A stretch of 51,325 nt of DNA from Macrostomum lignano (taxonomy: Eukaryota): the NCBI GenBank assembly GCA_002269645.1, contig NIVC01001618.1, positions 1-51,325 on the forward strand, read 5' to 3'. Positions 35,701 through 46,895 of this stretch are shown piece after piece (position 1 is the stretch's first letter; every line of letters begins with the position of its first letter). The notes under the pieces are model-generated. The model saw nothing but the letters and a program-made list of their open reading frames with translations. It had not been told where the DNA came from and did not search any database. A program made the position numbers and the translations under genes.

Positions 35701-37480
35701 AATACGCCGGCATCGTTGGCCTGCCCGAGTTCACCAAGGCCGCGGTGGAGCTGGCCCTCGGCAGCGCCAACCCAATCCTAAGCGAGGGCCGCAACGCCAG
35801 CGCCCAGTCCATCAGCGGCACCGGGGCCCTGCGCATTGGCGCCGCCTTCTTTGCCAAATTCTATCCCAGCAAGACGGTGTGGTTCCCCAAGCCCACCTGG
35901 GGAAATCACAACCCCGTGTTCGGCCACGCCGGCATGTCCGTCAAGCAGTACCGCTATTACGATCCGGCCACGTGCGGCTTCGACGCCGCCGGTTGCCTTG
36001 ACGACGTCAGCAAAATACCCGAAGGCGATGTCATCCTGCTGCACGCCTGCGCGCACAACCCGACTGGAGTGGATCCGCGCCAGGAGCAGTGGCGCGAACT
36101 GTGCGACGTCATCAAGAGAAGGAAGCTGTATCCGTTCTTTGACATGGCCTATCAGGTGCGCTATCAGATTTCACAGAGTCCAGAATGCACAAAATCTCTA
36201 ACATACAATCCCCAGTCAGAATGCACAGAATCCTCAACCAGAATGCACAGAATCCCCAACCAGAATGCACAAAATCCCCAACCAGAATGCACAGAATCCC
36301 CAACCAGAATGCACAGAATCCCCAGTCAGAATGCACAGAATCCCCAACCAGAATGCACAGAATCCCCAGTCAGAATGCACAGAATCCCCAACCAGAATGC
36401 ACAAAATCCCCAACCAGAATGCACAGAATCCCCAACCAGAATGCACAGAATCCCCAGCCAGAATGCACAGAATCACCAGCCAGAATGCACAGAATCCCCA
36501 ACCAGAATGCACAAAATCCCCAACCAGAATGCACAGAATCCCCAACCAGAATGCACAGAATCCCCAGCCAGAATGCACAGAATCACCAGCCAGAATGCAC
36601 AGGATCGCCAGCCAGAATGCGCAGAATCTTCAGTCAGAATGCACAGAATCTCAACCAAAATGCACAGAATCCCCAGCCAGAATGCACAGAATCCCCAGCC
36701 AGAATGCACAGAATTCCCAGTCAGAATGCACAGAATCCCCAGCCAGAATGCACAGAATCCCCAACCAGAATGCACAGAATCCCCATCCAGAATGCACAGA
36801 ATCCCCAGCCAGAATGCACAGAATCCCCAGCCAGAATGCACAGAATCTCAACCAAAATGCACAGAATCCTCCACTCAGCATGGCCCAGAATCCCCACTCA
36901 GCATGGCAGAATCCCCATCCCAACACAGGGCTTCGCCTCCGGCTGCGTGGACACGGACGCCTGGGCTGTCAGGCACTTCCTATCGGAGGGCCTGCCTGCT
37001 GCCCTGTGCCAGAGCTTCGCCAAGAACATGGGCCTCTACGGTGAACGAGTCGGCGCTTTCAGCATCTTCTGCGACTCGCAAGAGGAACGCGACCGCGTAC
37101 TGAGCCAGATGAAGATCCTGATCCGGCCAATGTACTCCAATCCGCCCGTGCACGGCGCCAGAATCGCTGCCGCGGTGCTGACCCAGCCGGAGCTGCGGCA
37201 GGCCTGGCTATCGGATGTGAAGGGCATGGCCGATCGCATTATCGGGATGCGAACCCAGCTCACCGAGCTGCTGGCTAAAGAGGGTAGCAAGAAGAACTGG
37301 CAGCACATTATTGACCAGATTGGCATGTTCTGCTTCACCGGACTCAAGCCCGAGCAGGTTGAACGGCTTATTAAAGAGTTCAGCATCTACCTGACCAAGG
37401 ATGGCCGGATCAGCGTGGCCGGAATTTCGTCCAACAATGTGGCTTACCTGGCCCACGCTATTCACCAGGTTACCAAGTAG
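32800..37480 (+). CDS. GOT2: Aspartate aminotransferase, mitochondrial type; exons 32800-33018, 35700-36155, 36929-37480 (408 aa from the visible ATG; 5' end uncertain)
   Basis: [34 protein letters not shown]|[21 protein letters not shown]|GFASG, PLP lysine motif [23 protein letters not shown]. Phase-0 GT-AG introns 33019-35699 and 36156-36928. Confidence 0.96.
33320..34097 (+). repeat. Degenerate about 28-30-bp minisatellite GAAGAATCACTCATCGAGAATCATTAAT in GOT2 intron 1
   Basis: Recurring GAGAATCA/GAAGAATCAC modules ending just before the mariner. Confidence 0.9.
34107..35416 (-). mobile_element. Full-length mariner transposon (1310 bp), antisense in GOT2 intron 1
   Basis: TA TSD (34105-34106, 35417-35418); 30-bp TIRs CGAGGGTCACTCAGAAAGTTCTTAGCCTGA vs CGAGGGTCACTCAGAAAGTCTTTAGCCTGA (2 mismatches). 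Confidence 0.96.
34171..35232 (-). CDS. Mariner transposase, DD34D, 353 aa, intact
   Basis: First ATG at 35232 ([12 protein letters not shown]); HTH region, [26 protein letters not shown] with 34 residues between the last two aspartates; no stops. Confidence 0.95.
   Translation of the reverse strand: MKLENRDFRAMMYLHFKQGKSPAESYQTLQNVFTHVCPSYATVKNWFAEFRRGRESLEDEHRSGRPCDAVTPENICAVSSMIAADRRVTYQQIQQEIGIGSGSVHAIMHEHLGVRKLASRWIPHQLSDVQKDTRVAWCRFMLQKFESGTSRRIWDILTGDETWIYQYDPESKRQSAMWTFGDEDSPTKFRRSRSVGKQMVACFFMRTGHVASVSLEDRQTVTADWYTTVCLPKVFSAVSQRRPRCGLRGVLLHHDNASAHTAAQTLEFLADCGVQLMTHPAYSPDLAPCDFFLFPKCKEILKGQVFSSPEEAVNEFKNIIEELRDEDWRHCFDSWFHRMQACINAGGEYFEHL
35419..35563. mobile_element. Palindromic MITE-like element, copy B
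   Basis: CATGCGCAACCTTGGGAATC...GAATCCCTAGGTTGCGCCCAAGCATG; homologous to 25800-25967 with a short internal deletion. Confidence 0.75.
36175..36920 (+). repeat. About 22-bp minisatellite CCAGAATGCACAGAATCCCCA(A/G) filling GOT2 intron 2
   Basis: Occupies about 96% of intron 36156-36928. Confidence 0.96.
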
Positions 37481-38268
37481 ATCGCCTCTGACTGTTTGTG
37501 TTGTTTCATGGATTCTAGTAGGGGTCTAGTAGGGGTCTTATTACTTATAGTAGTAATATATATATACGGGTACGTATTAATTGTTTACTTTCTGTGTAGC
37601 AGTTACCATGGAGATGGCGAGGTCCAGCGTTAAATGAAATACTTTGCTGCGCTGTTTTCAAACTCAAATTTGCAAGAAGAGAAACAACAGGGCGTCTTGC
37701 TACTACTTTTATAGTTGAATATTACTATTAGTAGTGCGCAACAGCTGGAAATGATTATTTCGATAGACTTCCTTCGATTTGCGTAAAATCACGCTTGGTT
37801 AAAAATTTCAATAATAATAATATCAATTTTTCTCTGGTTTAGCTTTAAGGTTGCTGTGAACTTTTTTAGCGCCTCGAATGACAGGATTAGTTTGACATTG
37901 ACGCTGTTTCGAATAGTTGGTTAATTTATATTGTATTTTTAGTTAATTTTTTGTCTAAGCGTGTTTTTGTTGTGTCTAAAATTTCAACCGAGAAAAACAC
38001 TCATTAGAACTGATGACAGCCCGTCTTAGCACACAGCTTATTAGTTGTTAACTAATATAGATGCTTTAAATTCTATCGAACTTGTTTTTTGTATTCCTTG
38101 TTACACTTTTTTGCTAAATAAAAACCTAAATTTCGAATAGCTAATACCCGCTAGATATTCGATGATAGCACACCAAATTTTAGTTTGCACATTCAGGTCC
38201 TACAAAAATACGGTTTTTCAAGCCTTGATAATCATTAATAAATATCATAGATAATTCCTGTCAAATTA

Positions 38269-39124
38269 GTCTCCAGGTTGCATGTCTGCATGCTGAAGGT
38301 TCAGGTAGAGACCGGAGTCTCCAGGTTGCATGTCTGCATGCTGAAGGTTCAGGTAGAGACCGGAGTCTCCAGGTTGCATGTCTGCATGCTGAAGGTTCAG
38401 GTAGAGACCGGAGTCTCCAGGTGGCATGTCTGCATGCTGAAGGTTCAGGTAGAGACCGGAGTCTCCAGGTGGCATGTCTGCATGCTGAAAGTTCAGGCAG
38501 AGACCGGAGTCTCCAGGTGGCATGTCTGCATGCTGAAGGTTCAGGCAGAGACCGGAGTCTCCAGGTTGCATGTCTGCATGCTGAAGGTTCAGGCAGAGAC
38601 CGGAGTCTCCAGGTTGCATGTCTGCATGCTGAAGGTTCAGGCAGAGACCGGAGTCTCCAGCAGGTTGCATGTCTGCATGCTGAAGGTTCAGGCAGAGACC
38701 GGAGTCTCCAGGTTGCATGTCTGCATGCTGAAAGTTCAGGCAGAGACCGGAGTCTCCAGGTGGCATGTCTGCATGCTGAAGGTTCAGGCAGAGACCGGAG
38801 TCTCCAGATGGCATGTCTGCATGCTGAAGGTTCAGGCAGAGACTGGAGTCTCCAGGTTGCATGTCTGCATGCTGAAGGTTCAGGCAGAGACCGAAGTCTC
38901 CAGGTTGCATGTCTGCATGCTGAAGGTTCAGGCAGAGACCGGAGTCTCCAGGTTGCATGTCTGCATGCTGAAGGTTCAGGTAGAGACCGGAGTCTCCAGG
39001 TGGCATGTCTGCATGCTGAAGGTTCAGGCAGAGACCGGAGTCTCCAGGTTGCATGTCTGCATGCTGAAGGTTCAGGCAGAGACCGGAGTCTCCAGGTGGC
39101 ATTTCTGCATGTTTAAGGTTCAGC
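38269..39124 (+). repeat. 48-bp minisatellite TCTCCAGGTTGCATGTCTGCATGCTGAAGGTTCAGGCAGAGACCGGAG, about 18 units, between the converging GOT2 and WAP genes
   Basis: 16-aa periodicity in the ORF track; lies between a plus-strand AATAAA (about 38116) and a minus-strand AATAAA (about 39290). Confidence 0.97.
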
Positions 39125-39408
39125 CTGAGCTGTATATTTCCTATACGCTGTACCCTGTACTTGTACATCAAAGTAATGAACTAAACACAAGAGTACATCG
39201 TGGGATGCAACTTGCAGTTCGCGTGCACTAATACACCACTGCCCTCTTGTTTCAAAACTAGGCGCTTTGGAATGTCTTCTCTCAGTTTATTTATTTTACG
39301 GCCAAGCTGGCCAGTCCCGTGTACCGGAGATTGGTGCGATAGGATGGCGAGCAACGCAGTCGCACAACGGAAAGAAATCCCATAGTTGTATTGCAGTTGA
39401 GCCTACTG

Positions 39409-42400
39409 CTAGTACACCTTCTTCACGTGTTTGAAGGCTTTCTGCAGGGCGTCGTAGATCTTCTGCCGCGTTGTTCGCTCCCGTTTCTTCAGCTTCACCG
39501 TCTTGTTGTTGATAAAGGGCAGCTTGAATAGCTGGAATGAATAGGGATTTATTCATGCTGGACCTCAATATTGACAATTTTACTTGACTAAAAGGAGTCT
39601 GGGAATTCCCTTTGACCCAAGCAAGTTAGAAAATACTCTGACAGAAGCGATGTGAAGAATTCCCCTTGCCTAAAACGAGTTAGAATTCCCTTGACTGAGG
39701 CGATTCACGGATCGAATTCCCCTTGACTGAGGCGATTCACGGATCGAATTCCCCTTGACTGAGGCGATTCACGGATCGAATTCCCCTTGACTGAGGCGAT
39801 TCACAGATCGAATTCCCCTTGACTGAGGCAATTCACGGATCGAATTCCCCTTGACTGAGGCGATTCACAGATCGAATTCCCCTTGACTGAGGTGATTCAC
39901 GGATCGAATTCCCCTTGACTGAGGTGATTCACGGATCGAATTCCCCTTGACTGAGGCGATTCACGGATCGAATTCCCCTTGACTGAGGCGATTCACAGAT
40001 CGAATTCCCCTTGACTGAGGCGATTCACGGATCGAATTCCCCTTGACTGAGGTGATTCACGGATCGAATTCCCCTTGACTGAAGCGATTCACGGATCGAA
40101 TTCCCCTTTTGACTGAGGCGATTCACGGATCGAATTCCCCTTGACTGAGGCGAGTTACGAAACTCACCTTGACTGAAACGATTCACGGAATCCCCCATGG
40201 TAGAATATGAGTCCAGTAAAGAGATGTCAATCTGCTGGCAAAGTATCTGATCCGAAGCATCTACGAGCCGTAGAATCAATTCGAAAGCACTTTATTGACA
40301 GCGATATTGAACTCAATACAAATCAGAATATCTGCTTTCTGTTTTTTTTCCACAAATTCCGTAATCCGAGCTTCCATGCTGTCTAGAAAAAGTCAGTCAG
40401 CTAATCCGACAATCTATGAAATCTGCTACAGACAGTTAGTTCCCTCGCTGAAAAAAATCCTATACGGTGAAATCTAGTCAATATCTCTTAAAGGAATCTG
40501 ACTGTGGGTCCGCTGCTTTCCTATCGAAGAATTTTCCCCAGACAGAACCTGACAGGAAAGAACACAGAAAAATACTCAATTTGATGACTTTGCGCGACCT
40601 ATTCAGCTACCGTAGACGACTCACCGAGCTCGATATAACATCGATGCAGGGCTTCTTGTCCTTGCAACCTGCCGGGCGGCCCAGCTCGTCGCATGTGCAA
40701 ATCTGCTCCCTGCGATGCATGTACAGGTCGCCCGGGTAGGCCGTGCTGTTAGCGTAGTCCCGACACACTGCGGAAGGGGATTTGAGGGTTATAAGTATTG
40801 GCGAGACTGCGAGCTGATTCGGGAATACACGTGTTAGACAGATTTGCATGTGTCCCACAGTAGCCTGTCTATATAGTGTCCCACAGTAGCCTGTCTATAT
40901 AGTGTCCCACAGTAGCCTGTCTATATAGTGTCCCACAGTAGCCTGTCTGTAGTGTCCCACAGTAGCCTGTCTGTAGTGTCCCACAGTAGCCTGTCTGTAG
41001 TGTCCCACAGTAGCCTGTCTATAGTGTCCCACAGTAGCCTGTCTGTAGTGTCCCACAGTAGCCTGTCTGTAGTGTCCCACAGTAGCCTGTCTGTAGTGTC
41101 CCACAGTAGCCTGTCTGTAGTGTCCCACAGTAGCCTGTCTATAGTGTCCCACAGTAGCCTGTCTATAGTGTCCCACAGTAGCCTGTCTGTAGTGTCCCAC
41201 AGTAGCCTGTCTGTAGTGTCCCACAGTAGCCTGTCTGTAGTGTCCCACAGTAGCCTGTCTGTAGTGTCCCACAGTAGCCTGTCTATAGTGTCCCACAGTA
41301 GCCTGTCTGTAGTGTCCCACAGTAGCCTGTCTGTAGTGTCCCACAGTAGCCTGTCTGTAGTGTCCCACAGTAGCCTGTCTATATAGTGTCCCACAGTAGC
41401 CTGTCTGTAGTGTCCCACAGTAGCCTGTCTGTAGTGTCCCACAGTAGCCTGTCTGTAGTGTCCCACAGTAGCCTGTCTATATAGTGTCCCACAGTAGCCT
41501 GTCTGTAGTGTCCCACAGTAGCATGTCTGTAGTGTCCCACAGTAGCCTGTCTGTAGTGTCCCACAGTAGCCTGTCTATATAGTGTCCCACAGTAGCCTGT
41601 CTCTAGTGTCCCACAGTAGCCTGTCTATAGTGTCCCACAGTAGCCTGTCTGTAGTGTCCCACAGTAGCCTGTCTATATAGTGTCCCACAGTAGCCTGTCT
41701 ATATAGTGTCCCACAGTAGCCTGTCTATATAGTGTCCCACAGTAGCCTGTCTCTAGTGTCCCACAGTAGTCTGTCTATAGTGTCCCACAGTAGCCTGTCT
41801 GTAGTGTCCCACAGTAGCCTGTCTGTAGTGTCCCACAGTAGCCTGTCTATATAGTGTCCCACAGTAGCCTGTCTATATAGTGTCCCACAGTAGCCTGTCT
41901 ATATAGTGTCCCACAGTAGCCTGTCTGTAGTGTCCCACAGTAGCCTGTTTATATAGTGTCCCACAGTAGCCTGTCTATATAGTGTCCGACAGTAGCCTGT
42001 CTATATAGTGTCCCACAGTAGCCTGTCTATATAGTGTCCCACAGTAGCCTGTCTATATAGTGTCCCACAGTAGCCTGTCTATATAGTGTCCCACAGTAGC
42101 CTGTCTGTAGTGTCCCACAGTAGCCTGTCTATATAGTGTCCCACAGTAGCCTGTCTATATAGTGTCCCACAGTAGCCTGTCTGTAGTGTCCCACAGTAGC
42201 CTGTCTATATAGTGTCCCACAGTAGCCAGGCCCACACCAGCCAGTCCCACAGTAGCCAGTCCCACACCAGCCAGTCCCACACCAGCCAGTCCCACACCAA
42301 CCAGTCCCACACCAGCCAGTCCCACACCAACCAGTCCCACACCAGCCAGTCCCACACCAGCCAGTCCCACACCAGCCAGTCCCACACCAGCCAGTCCCAC

Positions 42401-43756
42401 ACCAGCCAGTCCCACACCAGCTCACCGTGCTTGACGAGCAGCTCCGGCTCCAGACAGCGCAGTTTGCACCCATCGAAGCAGCAGCGGCTGTCCGCCGGAC
42501 ACTCGGAGTCCTTGTAGCAGAACGTGGCGTTCGCCTTGCAGCGATGATCACCGAGGCGCCAGCGGGGTGGGCAGACTCGCACAGGCGGGCTGGGTGTCAT
42601 CTCCGGGCCGCTGGTCGGCGCGGGGCTGGTCGTGGAGTTGCCGCCGCCGTCGCCCGACGGGACGTCCTCGAAGAACTCGCGAATAGCAGAGGTCTCTGGG
42701 CGTAGGAAAGGATTCGAGTTGCAGTGAGTGAGCGACAGCTTGAACATTAAGGACGGATTCCAAACCATTCGGACACGAGTCAGAAACCATTCGGACACGA
42801 GTCAGAAACCATTCGGACACGAGTCAGAAACCATTCGGACACGAGTCAGAAACCATTCGGACACGAGTCAGAAACCATTCGGACACGAGTCAGAAACCAT
42901 TCGGACACGAGTCAGAAACCATTCGGACACGAGTCAGAAACCATTCGGACACGAGTCAGAAACCATTCGGACACGAGTCAGAAACCATTCGGACACGAGT
43001 CAGAAACCATTCGGACACGAGTCAGAAACCATTCGGACACGAGTCAGAAACCATTCGGACACGAGTCAGAAACCATTCGGACACGAGTCAGAAACCATTC
43101 GGACACGAGTCAGAAACCATTCGGACACGAGTCAGAAACCATTCGGACACGAGTCAGAAACCATTCGGACACGAGTCAGAAACCATTCGGACACGAGTCA
43201 GAAACCATTCGGACACGAGTCCCAAACCATTCGGACACCAAACCAAAACGGCGGCATTAGAGAGCTCACCATCGAAGCCGTGCATCGCCACCATGCGGTT
43301 CCGCATCGCCAGGATGGCCCGAACAAATCTGTGGTAGGCCTCGCTGGCCAGCTCCCTGTACGGGTCCGGCCGGTCCAGCCGCTTGTCCCTGGCGTGCGGC
43401 GCCAGTGCCGCGCGCAGTCGCGGATGTCGCGACATTCGCCAGAGCAGCCGGCGCCGGATTCGCTCAGCCGCCAGCTGACGGCGACGCCGTTGTCGCCGGT
43501 CAGACGCCGGCCAGTCGAGCCGGCGCGGCTCGGCGAACTCATCGAACGGGTCGGGCTGCCGCAGCCGATCCGTCGAGCCGCCCGGAGCTGCTGGCGGCCG
43601 CTGCTGACGGCTGTCGGCGGGGCCGAGCAGCTCAGAGACGACCGCACTTCTTGGCGCCGCTGCCGCAGCGGCCGCTGAAGCCGTCCAGATGTTCAGCAGA
43701 AGCGGCGGCAGCAGCAGCAGAGTCAGGCTCAGCCTGGCATCTTCGGCGGCTCTCAT
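39409..43756 (-). CDS. Secreted WAP (four-disulfide core) domain protein with a second Cys-rich module; exons 43270-43756, 42426-42695, 40625-40767, 39409-39531; about 340 aa
   Basis: Signal peptide (RLSLTLLLLPPLLLNIWTASA); WAP CPPRWRLGDHRCKANATFCYKDSECPADSRCCFDGCKLRC on a phase 1-1 exon. Donors GTGAGC, GTGAGC, GTGAGT and pyrimidine-rich acceptors keep the frame to ...HVKKVY*. Confidence 0.82.
39683..40190 (+). repeat. 32-bp minisatellite GAATTCCCCTTGACTGAGGCGATTCACGGATC in WAP-gene intron 3
   Basis: About 15 units inside intron 39532-40624. Confidence 0.95.
40850..42225 (+). repeat. 24/26-bp minisatellite GTGTCCCACAGTAGCCTGTCT(A/G)TA(TA) in WAP-gene intron 2
   Basis: About 55 units. Confidence 0.97.
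42226..42420 (+). repeat. 15-bp minisatellite CCCACACCAGCCAGT abutting the WAP intron 2 donor
   Basis: About 13 units starting immediately after GTGAG on the minus strand. Confidence 0.95.
42761..43240 (+). repeat. 22-bp minisatellite AACCATTCGGACACGAGTCAGA in WAP-gene intron 1
   Basis: About 21 nearly identical units inside intron 42696-43269. Confidence 0.97.
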
Positions 43757-44249
43757 TTCCTAGCAATTAATTCTTTTCTTCTAGTAGCAGTTGGAAGACA
43801 AAAGCGGAATTTTCTCTTTTTAAAAAAGAAGAAGAACTCGGAGCCTCTCCGAAGTTGATTGAGAATTTCTTTATTCTCTTTCCGGTCGACTCTGTCCCCC
43901 CCGCGTAAATGCTCCGCATTGCTCCTTGGCTATTGTTTTTGGCCTCTAAAATGGGAGCAAATGCTCGGCAAAGAATGTTAGTTGAATTGAACGCAGGAGT
44001 GCAGGGCAGACATAAGGCGGAAATCAATGCAACGGCGAGTTATTTTCTTTGGAAGGGGGTTGCAGCGCAAACACGTGTGCGACAGATAGAATTACTGTGC
44101 TCTGATTTCTCCGAGTGGGTCTGAAGTTTTGTCAGAAGCTCAAACAAAACTGCAGCTTGGAGTTAGCTGGAATTTCTCCCTTACGGGGTGTCACTGTCTA
44201 AAATTTGGGTTGCAGAAAATCAGAGAAGAGAGACAGATTGGCTTGGATT

Positions 44250-44822
44250 TTCGGTGATCTGCAGCAGTTCCAATGAGCTGCAGTGTTTTTGGGAATCTGC
44301 TGCAGTTCCGATGAGCTGCAGTGTTTTTGGGAATCTGCTGCAGTTCCGATGAGCTGCAGTGTTTTTGGGGGATCTGCTGCAGTTCCGATGAGCTGCAGTG
44401 TTTTTTGGGAATCTGCTGCAGTTCCGATGAGCTGCAGTGTTTTTGGGGGATCTGCTGCAGTTCCGATGAGCTGCAGTGTTTTTGGGGGATCTGCTGCAGT
44501 TCCGATGAGCTGCAGTGTTTTTGGGAATCTGCTGCAGTTCCGATGAGCTGCAGTGTTTTTGGGTGATCTGCAGCAGTTCCGATGAGCTGCAGTGTCTATG
44601 GGTGATCTGCAGCAGTTCCGATGAGCTGCAGTGTCTATGGGTGATCTGCAGCAGTTCCGATGAGCTGCAGTGTCTATGGGTGATCTGCAGCAGTTCCGAT
44701 GAGCTGCAGTGTCTATGGGTGATCTGCAGCAGTTCCGATGAGCTGCAGTGTCTATGGGTGATCTGCAGCAGTTCCGATGAGCTGCAGTGTCTATGGGTGA
44801 TCTGCAGCAGTTCCAATGAGCT
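44250..44822 (+). repeat. 39-bp minisatellite CTGCAGCAGTTCCGATGAGCTGCAGTGTCTATGGGTGAT, two variant blocks
   Basis: 13-aa periodicity; left block TTTTTGGGAAT variant, right block CTATGGGTGAT variant. Confidence 0.96.
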
Positions 44823-46519
44823 TTAGCTATTAACTCTTGTACACAGTAGTAATATACCAGCGCACAAATTTAATTGAAATCGAAATAGTTTTATCCCGAG
44901 AGTTGCCCGATCGACCGACTTTCTGTGCACTTTTAAGCTGAACTTTTTGATGAATGATGCTTAGAAAAGTCACATTGCCGGCGCTAGGCCACACTTACAG
45001 ACACAGTGGACCGCAGCGTCGCCACTCGCTGGGCAAACATCACTCGCTGTGAACGTGACTTCAAATAAGCTCTCTCTCGCTGTTATCACTGCTATTCGTA
45101 AATTCGAACTTCCGTCATAGGCGGCTTTTTCAATTTTATCTGTCAGTGTCACGTGCTCTTCCTTCGGGATCCAGATCCTGTGGAGTATCAAGTTCGACGC
45201 AATATTTGTTTTGTTCGATCAGTTTTTTCTCTGACAGGATCTTGCAGTTCTACGGCAGTTCGTTTAGCCTTGTCGTGTGCACAGCTTTGGACTCATGTCT
45301 ATGGATAAAGTTCATATTTTTCAATTCGGTAAATTCCACAGAATCATGTTGGACCATAGACAACCATATGAGATTGTGCAGATTCAAAGTTTACAAAGGC
45401 TTTAAGGTTTTGTGCCAATGACACACTAGTTCGTATTTGATTCGATTTTAACCATAGACCATGAAGTTCAACCATAGACAAAAAATCAATCCTGCACGCT
45501 GCAGAGGGTGAGCGTATTATTTTTATTATTTAAATTACTATAATTATAACTATAATTGCAGATTATAATTCTAATCATTGTTATTATTAGTCTTATTACT
45601 AATAATCGATATACTAATACTACCAATAACTATGCAACTAATATACTAATAACTCATCTATTATAATAATAACAATAATGATAAAAATAATCTTTATATA
45701 CTAAATCTCTATAGTTTGTATACTTGCTTATCCAGGTCAAGTATAATATAATATACGAGCTATATTGCTAAACACGGGTACAGGGGTGTTAAACTTAGCA
45801 CAGGGGTCAGCAATTTGCGTGCAGTCTATGGCCCAACCAGTCTTTGTTCTGTAGGCTCTGAACTTTGGATTTAATCAGTTTTTTTAATCGTAACTTAGCA
45901 TGACTAAAGCTATGCTTTCAGAGTGACAGCTATCTAAATCACGTGAGCACTGGCATTCCATCCATTATAAAAAGAAAAAAACAGTCGGGTCGCTCCTGCT
46001 GGACAAAAATTGTCAAAACTGACCACCCCGCCCCCGAGGGTGGGTCAGCGGCCTCGCCAGCTGCATGAATAAAACACCAGCTTCCTGCAGTTTCGGCAAT
46101 CCATCGTGCCCCCGGATTCAAATGTGGGCTCCAGCGGGCTCCACTGGTCAACACTGTCGCCTCGTCTGTTTCCGTTGGAGACTAAAAAAAGTTATTTTTT
46201 TAACACCCCAAAGCGCGACAGAGTTGACCTTTTCCTGTCTCTCTTTCTCTGCGCTGCACCGGATCTCGCATTTCCATTTCCAGCATCCAGCTATAGCTCC
46301 ATCGAATGCATCTCCCCCTTCCTCTTTCTCTCTCCCTCTCCCTCTTCTGATAATTGCCGCACAGAGCTGTGCACAATGCTGAAAACGCTGCAGTCCCCAA
46401 GCCTGTAACATAGATTGAAAGTTGATATTTTGGAATGCGCCGTAATGCTGAGACTGAGACGGGTTCTATACAGAATTCAATGGACACGACAACTGGTTCG
46501 CTGGAGCAATTTCCATTTT

Positions 46520-46895
46520 AATTAGTCCTCTAGTAATATCCGTTGTTAAACCTGTAATATCCATTGTTGAACCTGTAATATCCATTGTTAAACCTGTAAT
46601 ATCCGTTGTTAAACCTGTAATATCCATTGTTGAACCTGTAATATCCATTGTTAAACCTGTAATATCCATTGTTGAACCTGTAATATCCATTGTTAAACCT
46701 GTAATATCCATTGTTAAACCTGTAATATCCATTGTTAAACCTGTAATATCCATTTTAAAACCTGTAATATCCATTGTTGAACCTGTAATATCCATTGTTA
46801 AACCTGTAATATCCGTTGTTAAACCTGTAATATCCGTTGTTAAACCTGTAATATCCGTTGTTAAACCTGTAATATCCATTGTTAAACCTGTAATA
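46520..46895 (+). repeat. 21-bp minisatellite ATATCCATTGTTAAACCTGTA
   Basis: About 17 units. Confidence 0.96.

Noticed and set aside
35652-37480. GOT2 with a long internal repeat insertion (483-aa and 431-aa ORFs)
   Set aside because: The array lies in a canonical GT-AG intron (36156-36928) whose removal restores FDMAYQGFASG.
38266-39231. 301/317-aa repeat proteins
   Set aside because: Translations of the 48-bp array, open on both strands.
40607-40624. WAP gene ending at VSRLR*
   Set aside because: GTGAGT at 40624 is a perfect donor that joins in frame to a GC3-rich exon at 39531; the short ending remains possible only as intron retention.
42761-43245. TGGTTTGG on both sides of the 22-bp array read as a target-site duplication in an exon
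   Set aside because: It is part of the degenerate edge units, and a stronger intron (GTGAGC at 43269 to CCCAG at 42696) encloses the whole array in frame.
42728-43678. 316-aa plus-strand ORF
   Set aside because: It is the 22-bp array plus the antisense of WAP exon 1.
44970-46487. Short ORFs in the CpG-rich region upstream of the WAP gene
   Set aside because: No recognisable motifs or convincing exon chain; could be a promoter or TE remnant.
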